A stretch of 64,000 bases of DNA from Gloeobacterales cyanobacterium (GCA_038245785.1 JBBRSB010000004.1:96001-160000); one strand, 5' to 3'; shown: positions 41,230 through 51,512, numbered from the stretch's first letter. The notes: generated by a model from the sequence alone, not told the origin. Program-made: numbers and translations.

Positions 41230-42112
41230 AACGCTCACCCTAAAGTGCTCTGCCAAAATCAATCTTTTTCTAGAGATTGTTGGCTCGCGCCCTGATGGAT
41301 TTCATGAAGTAGTCATGCTCCTCCAAAGTATTGACTTAGCCGATACGCTCAACATCACAACCCAGAGGGAAATAGCGATTGCTTGCGACCATGCCCAAGT
41401 CCCAACTAACGAAGAAAATATTGCCTATAAAGCAGTCCAAGTCATGCAAAAAGCACTGGGTCGTAAAGACGGTGCCTTGATCGAGATTGAGAAAAAGATT
41501 CCGGTGGCGGCTGGTTTAGCTGGAGGCTCTGCCAATGCGGCAGCGGTCATGGTTGGTCTGAATCTTCTATGGGATGGAGGATTGACCGTACGCGATCTGG
41601 AAAAGCTTGCTCAATCCCTGGGTTCGGATGTGCCCTTTTGCATTGATGGGGGCACAGCCTTAGCGGTAGGCCGAGGAGAAATTCTTTCGCCTTTATTGAT
41701 GTGGAAAGGAATTCCTTTAGTGCTGGCCAAACCCCGAAACTTGGGAATCTCGACCGCTTGGGTCTATAAGACCTATCGGGAGCAGTATGCGAAAGATAAG
41801 CCAGACCATACTGCTAACCTTCCTATTTTGCTCTCTGGACTGGTTCATCACGACCTCTCACGAGTGACCAAGCACCTCTATAACGATTTGGAACGGGTGG
41901 TTTTACCAGGCCATGCTGAAGTAGCCGATCTTAAGCAGCGCATGCTAGAAGCGGGAGCTTCTGGAGCGATGATGTCTGGTTCTGGACCGTCTGTTTTTGG
42001 GCTTTGTGAAAATAACAATCAAGCCCTTGCGGTTCTAGCCCAAATTAGCCAAGAAGACCAAGAACAGTTCCTTTGCCACACTTCTGATGCTGGTGTAGTG
42101 GTTTGTGCATAG
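41222..42112 (+). CDS. ispE: CDP-ME kinase
   Basis: AKINLFL, IPVAAGLAGGSANAA, GSDVPF, MSGSG. Confidence 0.95.
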   Translation: MTKTLTLKCSAKINLFLEIVGSRPDGFHEVVMLLQSIDLADTLNITTQREIAIACDHAQVPTNEENIAYKAVQVMQKALGRKDGALIEIEKKIPVAAGLAGGSANAAAVMVGLNLLWDGGLTVRDLEKLAQSLGSDVPFCIDGGTALAVGRGEILSPLLMWKGIPLVLAKPRNLGISTAWVYKTYREQYAKDKPDHTANLPILLSGLVHHDLSRVTKHLYNDLERVVLPGHAEVADLKQRMLEAGASGAMMSGSGPSVFGLCENNNQALAVLAQISQEDQEQFLCHTSDAGVVVCA

Positions 42113-42114
42113 GC

Positions 42115-43323
42115 CTAGCGGTCTAGTTTAATCGCCTGTTCTAAGGCTACTTTGGCCTTAGCCCGCTGGACATAGGGCTGTAGTTCTAGCAAGGATTGAT
42201 CGGTGAGCAAGCTTAAATCTTCTAGGGTCATGCCGCGCATGAGCATTTCTAAACACCATGTTTGTTGGGCCTGCTCAATCTTTGGAGGCTGTCCTTCTGG
42301 GGTTAATAATCCACTGGTACAAGCTTGCCAAGACAAGTATATTTCTTCTTCAGATATAGGCTGTTTTGCATCATTGATAAACATGGCAGGCTGGTCATCC
42401 TTGCGACTTTTCAACCACTGGGTTAAGGGATTATTGTTATAGGAACCATAGCGCTTTCCCAAAATCCTTTGATTGACGGGGACTTGCCGTTTAACTCCTA
42501 CAGTTTGGTTAAGTTGCAGGAGATGTTGATCGCTGTCACAGATTTGATGGGACCGTTCTAAAGTAACTATTTCTTTAGCATCGATCCCTGCTCCAAAGAG
42601 GAGATAGACCAAGGCATAATCCCTATCACTGGACTTTTTGGCTCGTTGCAAAATACCGTGTACCATGCTAATCGGTAAATCTTTTACTTCTTCCAGAAGA
42701 TGAATTTCTGCTGAAGATGCTGGTGCAATAGCCCCACGCATAAATAAAGTGGCCAAACTCTCCAGAAAGTCATTTTGGTCATCCCAAAGCTCATAGAAAT
42801 CACTGGTGAATTTAATCACGGCATAACCCAGGAGCGTGCTGTTGAGCAAGCTAGCTATTTTTGGTGCAGGCAAGTACGCTGTTAATTTGCCTTGTTGAAC
42901 GGCTAGTTCTAAATACTGGGCTATATACTGGTTGGCCTGAATAAATCCTCGTCCCAAAGCTTGACGGTTTTCTGCAGGATATTGACCGGATTCACCGACA
43001 ACTGAACGAATCAATTCTGGAATTTGTTCTACGGCCTGTAGTTGGTCATGAGCATAGTCTTTGAGTGCCTGATGGATATCATCGGTTTGAGCTATTTGCT
43101 GGGCTAGGGAACGGCCTACTTGCGCAAAGACTTCAGACTCTTCAATAACGGCTAAGAGCAATCCGTGTTTGTTTCCAAAATGACGGAACAAGGTCACTTC
43201 ATTCACCTCCGCTCGTTCCGCAATCTGCCGCGTTGTGGTCTCAGTAACGCCCTGAGAAGCAAAAAGCTCTAGCGCTGCATTGAGCAAGCGTTGGCGGGTA
43301 GATAAAGTGCGAGGAGATGTCAT
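42115..43323 (-). CDS. TetR regulator fused to degenerate tyrosine-recombinase-like domain
   Basis: N-term TTTRQIAERAEVNEVTLFRHFGNK; C-term RDYALVYLLFGAG..EIVTL, KRQVPV, TWCLEMLMRGM...LL...PY. Confidence 0.8.
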   Translation of the reverse strand: MTSPRTLSTRQRLLNAALELFASQGVTETTTRQIAERAEVNEVTLFRHFGNKHGLLLAVIEESEVFAQVGRSLAQQIAQTDDIHQALKDYAHDQLQAVEQIPELIRSVVGESGQYPAENRQALGRGFIQANQYIAQYLELAVQQGKLTAYLPAPKIASLLNSTLLGYAVIKFTSDFYELWDDQNDFLESLATLFMRGAIAPASSAEIHLLEEVKDLPISMVHGILQRAKKSSDRDYALVYLLFGAGIDAKEIVTLERSHQICDSDQHLLQLNQTVGVKRQVPVNQRILGKRYGSYNNNPLTQWLKSRKDDQPAMFINDAKQPISEEEIYLSWQACTSGLLTPEGQPPKIEQAQQTWCLEMLMRGMTLEDLSLLTDQSLLELQPYVQRAKAKVALEQAIKLDR

Positions 43324-43382
43324 GAGATGACGGTTAATTGTCTCTCGTAGCGTACACCAGATCTCCCCGTACCCAAAAACGG

Positions 43383-43450
43383 AATGCAAGTAACGCTTGC
43401 ATTTAAATTAAATACTTGTTAGGCTTAGGAAATGTAAGCGGCACTTGCAT
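43383..43450. promoter_or_regulatory. Two palindromic operators ATGYAAG-N5-CTTGCAT
   Basis: AATGCAAG-TAACG-CTTGCATT (43383-43403) and ATGTAAG-CGGCA-CTTGCAT (43432-43450). Confidence 0.7.
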
Positions 43451-43515
43451 CTACTGCAGCCCAGGACATCTGGGAGATATAGCCACTGACTACTTGCCCA
43501 GAAAAGGAAACCTTT

Positions 43516-44373
43516 ATGACCTCTAGCGCAACTGTAATAGCTGACCCCAAGGTTGAACAGCCGTTAAAGCTGGACTGGACCAATGTCATTTTCTTTGGCA
43601 GCATTCACGCTGTAGCATTGCTCACTCCCTGGTTTTTCTCTTGGTCGGCTTTAGCCGTTACTGTTTTTCTTCATTGGTTATTTGGCGGCATCGGTATTTG
43701 CTTGGGCTATCACCGAATGCTCAGTCATCGCAGCTTTCAAGTTCCAAAGCCACTGGAATACTTCATTGCTATTTTGGGAGCCTTGGCTCTGCAGGGTGGC
43801 CCTATCTTCTGGGTAGGTGGACATCGTCAGCATCACGCTTTTACCGAAGATGAAGATAAAGACCCCTATTCTGCTAAGCGTGGTTTTTGGTGGAGTCATA
43901 TGGGTTGGATCTTCTATCCTCGCTCTGCCTTCTTTTACGCTTCGTCCTACAGAAAATATGCTCCAGACCTGGCCCGTGACCCTTTCTATCAATGGCTAGA
44001 CCGCTATTTTCTGCTGCTTCAACTTCCCCTTGGCATCTTCCTCTATCTAGTAGGTGGTTGGTCTTGGGTGATATGCGGCATGTTCCTCCGGGCTGTTGTG
44101 CTCTGGCACACCACTTGGTTGATTAACTCTGCTAGCCATATGACAGGCTATCGCTCCCATGGAACAGAGGACAATTCTCGCAATCTCTGGTGGGCGGCAC
44201 TCCTTACCTATGGCGAAGGCTGGCACAACAATCACCATGCCTATCCCCATGTAGCGAAGGCTGGCTGGCAGTGGTGGGAAGTGGATATGACCTGGTGGGC
44301 CATTCAAGCCCTGAGTACTTTAGGGTTAGCGAAAAAAGTGGTAATGCCACCTGATTTAGATAAAGCGAGCTAA
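43516..44373 (+). CDS. Delta-9 acyl-lipid desaturase (DesC-like)
   Basis: His boxes HRMLSH, HRQHH, HNNHH. Confidence 0.9.
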   Translation: MTSSATVIADPKVEQPLKLDWTNVIFFGSIHAVALLTPWFFSWSALAVTVFLHWLFGGIGICLGYHRMLSHRSFQVPKPLEYFIAILGALALQGGPIFWVGGHRQHHAFTEDEDKDPYSAKRGFWWSHMGWIFYPRSAFFYASSYRKYAPDLARDPFYQWLDRYFLLLQLPLGIFLYLVGGWSWVICGMFLRAVVLWHTTWLINSASHMTGYRSHGTEDNSRNLWWAALLTYGEGWHNNHHAYPHVAKAGWQWWEVDMTWWAIQALSTLGLAKKVVMPPDLDKAS

Positions 44374-44389
44374 TAATTTATTTTCTAAG

Positions 44390-44425
44390 TCAGGAGCTTG
44401 GATATTTCCAGCTCCTGATTTTTTT
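44390..44425 (+). terminator. Terminator after desaturase
   Basis: TCAGGAGCT...AGCTCCTGA + T7. Confidence 0.85.
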
Positions 44426-44553
44426 GAGTTTTACAGAACTCATGCCGATATCGCAGCTCAATATGGCTTTGAAATTGTCCTCAAACCGTTGCCAAATTCA
44501 GATTGTTGAGAATGGTGTAAGGTATCAGTTAACTAAAACTAGTCCTGAATATG

Positions 44554-44997
44554 CTAACTATGACCTGGATCAATCCCTACAATTCCTTCATTTGAGTACC
44601 GAGAAAAATCACGAGTATTTAGCGTCAAAATATGAGTTACCTTGTTTGTTTTCATAGTAGCTACAAGACGAGCATCGTGGACTTGGACTCCCGAGACGCT
44701 ATAGGTAAAGACTAAGCGCCGCCACTCAGCGTAAACTGCGGGTGTGTCAAGCAACAGCGGAAAAAGACGCTCAATTAGGTTAAGCAATCGTTCTGCCTTA
44801 GCAGGTGTTAGACCAAGTCCATTTCTCTCAACTGGACGCGTAGCTACATTCCATAGTTCAACACAGTTCTGGAACGCGACTTTCAGGATGTGTCCTTCGC
44901 TCCGTAATCTTCGTATAGAACTTTGGATAGTAGGATATAGAGGATGCTTACGATCACTAAAACGCAATAGAACATTGGTGTCTGCAAGATAGAGCAC
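44554..44997 (-). CDS. VapC/PIN toxin (apparently intact)
   Basis: ADTNVL, VELWNV, HDARL, TLNTRDF. Confidence 0.85.
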   Translation of the reverse strand: MLYLADTNVLLRFSDRKHPLYPTIQSSIRRLRSEGHILKVAFQNCVELWNVATRPVERNGLGLTPAKAERLLNLIERLFPLLLDTPAVYAEWRRLVFTYSVSGVQVHDARLVATMKTNKVTHILTLNTRDFSRYSNEGIVGIDPGHS

Positions 44998-44999
44998 AG

Positions 45000-45263
45000 C
45001 TAGGGATGTTCCTCGTAAATCCCTGCACGACTCACAGCATAGTCTGACAGCAAGGTAACATTTGATCCAACTGCGTTTGTCAGTTCGTCAGCCAGTGTCT
45101 CAAATTCTTGATCACTGAGTTCCATCTCAAGATCACCTCTTTCTGATTGACCTTTCTGTGATTCTTGCCAGGTAAGGAATTCAACAAAATCAGAAACCTC
45201 TCGCAGCTTTACTTTCGGCAAATGCTGGATCTTGCTTACAAGGCTTTCAAACGTAGATTCCAT
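45000..45263 (-). CDS. DUF2281-like antitoxin
   Basis: LP..LREVSDFVEFL; C-terminal LSDYAVSRAGIYEEH; directly upstream of vapC. Confidence 0.75.
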   Translation of the reverse strand: MESTFESLVSKIQHLPKVKLREVSDFVEFLTWQESQKGQSERGDLEMELSDQEFETLADELTNAVGSNVTLLSDYAVSRAGIYEEHP

Positions 45264-45491
45264 AGTCTTTCAGGGCTAGACTGACTGAGCTTTCTTCTAT
45301 ACTACAGACATTCTTCAACTTTCTCAAAAAATAGCTTAGCTGAACTGCTCACCTCTTGAATATCGCTGTTCTCGTTCAAGGTAGACATGCTTCATTCAGC
45401 CAATCTCAATAGTGTTATCTCTCAGGCCAATCTTCTTGCATGAGGTTTTAGACAAAGACGTGAGATGACATAGAACAGAGAGTCTTTTATT

Positions 45492-46138
45492 CTAAAGAGC
45501 TTGCAAATAGTTCTCAAATGCTCTCAGAGCGATGCTAGATCCATCTTTCCAAGCACGTTCCACATATTCAGGGATGAGTTGTTTGATAGACAGGTCGGGG
45601 AGAATAGCAGACTATTCAGACTTTCTTGGTACTGTTGCCCGTCGAATAGGTAGATATAGAGATTTTGGTCTCGATAAATCCAGAGTTCAGGAACGCCAAT
45701 TAGCTGATAATCTTCGGGTTTTGTTGTGGAAGTAAAGTCTATCTCAAGCGCTAAATCGGGAGGCGGATCAGTCTCTAAATCAATACGGGCTTTTCCAAGA
45801 ATAGCCTCGCGATTTTGAATATAGAAACAGGCATCTGGTTCTACACTTTTCTGCTCGAATCGTTTCAGAGTAATCGGGTCAAAGCTCTCCCAATCTTTTC
45901 CTTGATAGCGCAAGAGAATTTTCACCAAATCAGAAAGGGTATCTGACTTTTTGCCACGTCCAGGCAGAGGGGCCATGATCCGAATCTCTTGAGTTTTGGC
46001 ATCGAAATAGATCTTGATAGCGGCCCTGTCCTGGCGACTTTCTAAAAGTTCTTCAAAAGCTGCCTATGTTTGATGGCGCAAGATTACCTCTCCACCGGGC
46101 GGTAAATCAACACTGTTTTTAGTAATTGTTAAATACAT
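45492..46138 (-). pseudogene. Uma2 endonuclease pseudogene
   Basis: TAG at codon 25 (46064-46066; RHQT*AAFEE); EPDACFYI, PPDLALEID; frameshift near 45600. Confidence 0.8.
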
Positions 46139-46191
46139 GGAGCCCCTTAGAGGAATCTATGCTGTTAGTATAGGCAAACTGCAGAGTACGC

Positions 46192-47994
46192 CTAATCAAT
46201 TTTCAAATCGTAGGGCATCCGAGCATAAACGCCCATCGGGTCATTCATCGCCTTCACTGCGTTTAGTTCTTTCTGGAAGACCTGAACTTGGGCGGTCAAA
46301 GGATCGAGCTTGAGCTTAGTCTCTGCCTCTTTCTGAGGAGGATTGAACTTCTCAATCAGCCAGGTTTCAAAACTTTCAGCACGAGGATAGTCTTCTACGC
46401 GCCAATTATCACCGAGCTTGGCTCGCTTGGCTGCTTCCTGAATGGCATCTTCTATGCCTCCCAATTCGTCCACTAGACCTATCTGCTTTGCTCTCATGCC
46501 AGACCAGACTCTGCCTTGGGCTATATTCTGTACGGAAGGCTTAGGAAGCTTGCGGCCTTCCGATACTTTCGTAAGGAAGGCATTATAAATTCGGTCTACA
46601 GAGGTTTGAATGACCGCTAGCTCCTGAGGCGTCTTCGGTCGCGAAACTGTCTGGCTATCGGCATAGGGAGAGGTTTTCGCCGTGTCCCAGGTAATCCCAT
46701 TATTGTTGGCTAGTTTTTGAATATTGAAGAGTTGACCAAAAACGCCAATTGAGCCTGTAATCGTATTCGGTTGGGCAAAGATTTTATCGGCATAGGCTGA
46801 GATCCAATAGCCACCGGAAGCCGCTACACTGCCCATGGAAACTACTACTGGTTTCACCTTGCGGGTGAGGACCAACTCGCGCTGGATTACTTCCGAAGCA
46901 TTTGCACTGCCCCCTGGACTATTTACTCGAAGAACTACCGCTTTGACATTGTCATCTAGACGCAATTCCCGAATTTGCTGAGCAAAGGAATCACCGCCAA
47001 TTTGACTATCGCTACCTTGACCATCGACGATTTCTCCTTCGGCATAGGCAACAGCAATCTGGTTTTCAGAACTACTGGTTGGGGTGAGCGTGGTTACGTA
47101 ATTACGTAAACTAATTTGGCGAAAACTTGGATCTTTTTCTTTACTACCCGTTAGTTTTTTCAAGTCCTGAACGACTTCATCGGAGTAAGCGACCCGATCG
47201 ATCAGCTTCAGGCTAAGAGCTTTGTCAGGCTCTAGGATTCCTTGAAGCGTAGGGTCACTGGCAATGGTTTGGAAATCTTTTGAAGTTAGTTTGCGGTCTT
47301 TGCTTACGCTGGTCAAATAGTAATCCCAGACGTCATTCAGTAGTTTTTGGGTGTCTTCTCGACTTTCTGGACTCATCTTCGTAAGCAGAAAAGGCTCAAC
47401 TGCCGATTTGTATTTGCCTACCCGCGTGACCTGGACTCCGACCCCATATTTTTTGAGAGCACCCGATAGAAACACCATCTCCGAGCGAAGCCCATTCATT
47501 TCCAAATGACCAAATGGATTGAGGATAACCTTATTGGCAACAGAACTCAGATAGTATTCTCGCTCTTGCCAATTCATGCCATAGGCATAGATAGGCTTAC
47601 CAGCACTCCGAAACTTCTCTAACGCTCCACGGACTTCCTTCAACACCGCTGCACCTTGGGTTGTTGCCCCCATATCTCCCTTGAGATAGATACCAACAAT
47701 CCGTTTATCTTTTGTTGCTTGTTCTAGAGATTGAAGGACCGTACGCAAAGAGATGCTATCGCTGCGCTCTCCTGACAAAGCTCCCTGGAGGAGCTGATTT
47801 GGCGAAGGAGTGGGATTGGCGTCCGTGATATTCGTGGAAAGATCGAGAATAAGTACAGACTTATCTACGACCGTTGGCCCCGAGTCACCCGATCCAAGAG
47901 CAAAGAGGAGGACTACTAAGCCGATAACGCCCACACCAATGAAGAGCAAGAGCCCGACAAAGGTAGCCAAGGTATATTTTAAGAAGTCGCGCAT
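46192..47994 (-). CDS. sppA: Signal peptide peptidase SppA (67K type)
   Basis: GKYKSAVEP, RVNSPGGS, AASGGYW, TGSIGV, AQGRVW. Confidence 0.95.
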   Translation of the reverse strand: MRDFLKYTLATFVGLLLFIGVGVIGLVVLLFALGSGDSGPTVVDKSVLILDLSTNITDANPTPSPNQLLQGALSGERSDSISLRTVLQSLEQATKDKRIVGIYLKGDMGATTQGAAVLKEVRGALEKFRSAGKPIYAYGMNWQEREYYLSSVANKVILNPFGHLEMNGLRSEMVFLSGALKKYGVGVQVTRVGKYKSAVEPFLLTKMSPESREDTQKLLNDVWDYYLTSVSKDRKLTSKDFQTIASDPTLQGILEPDKALSLKLIDRVAYSDEVVQDLKKLTGSKEKDPSFRQISLRNYVTTLTPTSSSENQIAVAYAEGEIVDGQGSDSQIGGDSFAQQIRELRLDDNVKAVVLRVNSPGGSANASEVIQRELVLTRKVKPVVVSMGSVAASGGYWISAYADKIFAQPNTITGSIGVFGQLFNIQKLANNNGITWDTAKTSPYADSQTVSRPKTPQELAVIQTSVDRIYNAFLTKVSEGRKLPKPSVQNIAQGRVWSGMRAKQIGLVDELGGIEDAIQEAAKRAKLGDNWRVEDYPRAESFETWLIEKFNPPQKEAETKLKLDPLTAQVQVFQKELNAVKAMNDPMGVYARMPYDLKID

Positions 47995-48131
47995 AGGGAG
48001 ATGTTCGCACCAGTGTGGTGCTCACTTTCCAAGAGAAGGATAAGTTTGACAGGCTAAGAAAGCCTGTTATCACCTTATCTGAGCACCTAGGCCAGCGACA
48101 AGAATTTCCTTATCTGCTTAACGAAATCCGC

Positions 48132-49211
48132 TTAGCGAATAAAGCGCATGGGGTTAACAGGAGTACCACCGATCCGCACTTCAAAATGGAGATGAGGACC
48201 TGTGCAATGGCCAGAACAGCCCCGAGCCATAATCACATCGCCTTGACGAACTCTTTGACCAACCCGAACAAAGACTTTGGAAGCGTGTGCATAGCGAGTC
48301 AAGGTATTGTCAGCATGCTGGATGTCCACCATCTGACCATAGCCAGAAAGCCGGATGCCGGCAGTAACGACGATGCCATCTTTAGCCGCCACTACGGGGG
48401 TTCCGATCGGACCAGCAATGTCTACCCCTGCGTGGAGACGCCCACCGCGCATACCAAAGCGAGAGAAGAGAACACCGGAAACAGGCTTGATAAAACGTTG
48501 GCCAGAACGGAAGGCTGTATCTTCCTTGGCGCTGGCTAGCTGGAAATCCTGTGCAGAGAAAGGCTGATTCTCAGCTCCTAGGATCGAAGCCTGTTTTTTC
48601 GCCAGTCGCTGCTGCGCTTCTTCCAGCAGAGCTTTTGGTCCCAGTCCCTGCGGTTCCTGCTGTGCTACTGGAGCTACGGTCGCTTCTGAAACTTCTTCCT
48701 GTTGGCTAATAGTTTCTTCTGTAGGCTTAGACTCTTGCGCTTTAGCCGCTAGACGCTGTTTCGCTTCTTCTAACAAAGCCTCTGCTTTAGCTTTGGAATC
48801 TTCCGCCGAATCTTCTGTAGTGGCTACTTTGCCAGGGATAATCAGGCGCTGCCCAGCTTTTAGCTGTTTGGACTTGAGGCGATTGGATTCGATCAATGCA
48901 TAGGGAGAAGTTTGATAACGCTTCGCCACGCTAGCCAACGTATCACCGGAAACGACTATGTACGTTATTGCTGGAGTCTCCTCGACGGCGGATTCATCTT
49001 GGCTCTGATTCAGTGCCAAAAGTTCACTTTGCTGGGGGAGACGGACACCCAAAGTGCCAGCATTGCTGCCCTGATTCAGGAAGGTCAGACTGCTCAAGGC
49101 TAAAATGGATGTGAATAATCCTAAAAGTACGGGCTTGAGCGCTCCGTTGCTTGACTGCTTATGTTGCTCTTCGGCTTCCGCTGTTTCGGGAGTCTGATTT
49201 TCGCAATGCAA
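48132..49211 (-). CDS. LysM + M23 peptidase
   Basis: YIVVSGDTLASVA LysM; HAGVD, TRYAH, TGPHLHFE. Confidence 0.92.
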   Translation of the reverse strand: MHCENQTPETAEAEEQHKQSSNGALKPVLLGLFTSILALSSLTFLNQGSNAGTLGVRLPQQSELLALNQSQDESAVEETPAITYIVVSGDTLASVAKRYQTSPYALIESNRLKSKQLKAGQRLIIPGKVATTEDSAEDSKAKAEALLEEAKQRLAAKAQESKPTEETISQQEEVSEATVAPVAQQEPQGLGPKALLEEAQQRLAKKQASILGAENQPFSAQDFQLASAKEDTAFRSGQRFIKPVSGVLFSRFGMRGGRLHAGVDIAGPIGTPVVAAKDGIVVTAGIRLSGYGQMVDIQHADNTLTRYAHASKVFVRVGQRVRQGDVIMARGCSGHCTGPHLHFEVRIGGTPVNPMRFIR

Positions 49212-49651
49212 AACGTGGTCCTCTCACTAAGGGGTAGGGACGGACAAGCAGTCCAAATTTAAATAAGCTTTCAACGAGAGTACCCTAGAACGCTCTGTCA
49301 AACAACATACGTACAGGGGAGGCAAGACGGAAAATACTTAGTTGTCTGGGGGTACAACCCACAGTATCCACAAGGAATAGAGCTAAAATCCCCTTTTTTC
49401 AGCATTTACCTACTACAGATAGTAATATTTCAAAAATCTTTAATTCAAAAAATGACGTAATCGATTACGTAAGAACGAAGCCTATTTGTATCTCATAATA
49501 CATACGCTGCAAGGATTTCAGCTTTTCTTGAAGTTCCCATAAAGTATTCAGGGATACGGATTTAATCCTATGGCTATGCACGCTTAAATCATTAATAGAG
49601 CAACAGGGAGTTCATATCCTCCGATCTTATACGTACTAATTCGGATAAGCG

Positions 49652-50437
49652 TCAAAATTCACGGCGAGAAAAGATAGTAATAGCCCCACTCATAAATAGA
49701 GCAATATAAAGTATTCCTAAGGCCAAAGTGAATCCTATTTCAGTTAAATTTGGAGTAACGCCATAGATGCTTTCATTGCGAAAATTAAAGCGCTCTAAGT
49801 CAGGCAGAATGGTATAAACCACCCTAGTCAAGGTAGCAATATTTTCATTTTTAGCAATGGCTCCCAAGGCTAAGAGGTCTCTACTAAAATGACCAATGAG
49901 ATAGAGAGAGAGGGTGAAGACAGAGGCCATCAAAGAGCTGGTAAACGTACCAAAGAAAAGAGCGGCTGCGATAATGACTAGGAGCTCCAGATAGTTCATC
50001 GCCACAGCCCAAACTATACTTTGCAGGGGCACAAATCCTGGGTCCACCTGAATGACGGTAAAGATAGCTAAGAGAAAGGCCAGAAACATGAGTCCGACCA
50101 AGACGGCCAGCACAGCTCCCAGTCCCAGATGTTTGCCAAGCAGCAGTTCACTCCGTTTCAGCGGTTTCGCAATCAAAACAAAGATAGTTCGTTTTTCGAT
50201 TTCCTTATTAAGGAGGTTAGTCCCGACAAAAACAGCGACGACCAGGCCAAAGAGGCTAATGGTAGCGAGTCCAGCATCTAGAATTAGTTTTACCGAAGAG
50301 CCCGCAGCCACTTCAGGAAGAAAACGGGTCCCTAAAAGCAAAATCACCGCGAAGAACAAAATCACATAGAGAACGCGGTCCCGGATCGTTTCTTTAAACA
50401 CGTTGGCTGCAATGGCAAAAATACGCTTTGGATTCAT
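49652..50437 (-). CDS. ABC-2-type permease
   Basis: KEIEKRTIFVLIAKPLKRSELLLGK; multiple TMs; FSRREF end. Confidence 0.85.
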   Translation of the reverse strand: MNPKRIFAIAANVFKETIRDRVLYVILFFAVILLLGTRFLPEVAAGSSVKLILDAGLATISLFGLVVAVFVGTNLLNKEIEKRTIFVLIAKPLKRSELLLGKHLGLGAVLAVLVGLMFLAFLLAIFTVIQVDPGFVPLQSIVWAVAMNYLELLVIIAAALFFGTFTSSLMASVFTLSLYLIGHFSRDLLALGAIAKNENIATLTRVVYTILPDLERFNFRNESIYGVTPNLTEIGFTLALGILYIALFMSGAITIFSRREF

Positions 50438-50528
50438 GGTCTTAGTATTGACTGTCTCTGGTTGGTCTTGGCTTTATCTTGAGGATGCCCTATAGTCCGT
50501 GAAAAAGTTCTACTGAGGTCATAAGGGA

Positions 50529-51512
50529 ATGAAAGTTTTGGTCACAGGTGGAGCTGGATACATTGGCTCTCATGCAGTACGTAGGCTCAAGCAGGCAGGA
50601 TTTGAAACTTTGGTGCTGGATAATCTAGTTTACGGCCATCGGGCTTTTGTGCCCGCCGATGAGCTGATCATCGGGGATTTAGAAGACCGTGCTTTGTTGG
50701 AGCGGGTTTTTAATGATAATAAAATTGTCGCAGTGATGCACTTTGCGGCCTATGCCTATGTCGGCGAATCGGTAACAGCTCCAAGCAAGTACTATCGCAA
50801 TAACGTATGCTCCACACTCAATCTTTTGGATGCCATGCAGAAGGCAGGAGTTCTGCAATTTATTTTCTCTTCCACCTGTGCCACCTATGGGGAACCTCAA
50901 GGCGGCCCGATTGCGGAAGACCATCCTCAGAATCCAATTAATCCCTACGGCCAGTCGAAGTTGATGGTGGAGCAAATTCTTAAAGACTATGACAAAGCCT
51001 ATGGCCTCAAATCTATTCGCCTCCGCTACTTTAATGCAGCAGGGGCAGACCCATCGGGAGACATTGGCGAAGACCACAACCCAGAGACGCATCTGATTCC
51101 GCTGGTCTTGGATGTAGCCCTCGGTCGCCGTCCGCACATCACGATTTTCGGAACCGACTATCCAACTCCGGATGGGAGCTGCATTCGGGACTACATCCAT
51201 GTTTCAGACCTCGCCGATGCCCATGTTCTAGGACTGGAGTATCTACGCAAGGGAGGCGAAAGCCAAGTATTCAATCTAGGCAATGGCAGTGGTTTCTCGG
51301 TGCGTGAAGTGATTGATATGGCCGAACAGGTCACCCAAAAGAAAATAGTGGTGGTAGAAGGCTCTCGACGAGAAGGTGACCCCGCCGTTTTGGTAGGCAG
51401 TAGCGAAAAAGTGAAAGCGTCGCTTGGTTGGAATCCACAGTACGCAGACCTCCACAACATTGTTTCTACCGCTTGGGCTTGGCATCAGAAGCGGTTTGGG
51501 ACGTCTTCATAA
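50529..51512 (+). CDS. galE: UDP-glucose 4-epimerase
   Basis: TGGAGYIGSH, YGQSK, LRYFNAAG, RDYIHV. Confidence 0.95.
   Translation: MKVLVTGGAGYIGSHAVRRLKQAGFETLVLDNLVYGHRAFVPADELIIGDLEDRALLERVFNDNKIVAVMHFAAYAYVGESVTAPSKYYRNNVCSTLNLLDAMQKAGVLQFIFSSTCATYGEPQGGPIAEDHPQNPINPYGQSKLMVEQILKDYDKAYGLKSIRLRYFNAAGADPSGDIGEDHNPETHLIPLVLDVALGRRPHITIFGTDYPTPDGSCIRDYIHVSDLADAHVLGLEYLRKGGESQVFNLGNGSGFSVREVIDMAEQVTQKKIVVVEGSRREGDPAVLVGSSEKVKASLGWNPQYADLHNIVSTAWAWHQKRFGTSS

Noticed and set aside
49212..49651. c-di-AMP riboswitch or NtcA site (GTA-N8-TAC at 49544) upstream of the M23 gene
   Set aside because: Riboswitch consensus not found; a lone NtcA-like hexamer pattern is expected by chance
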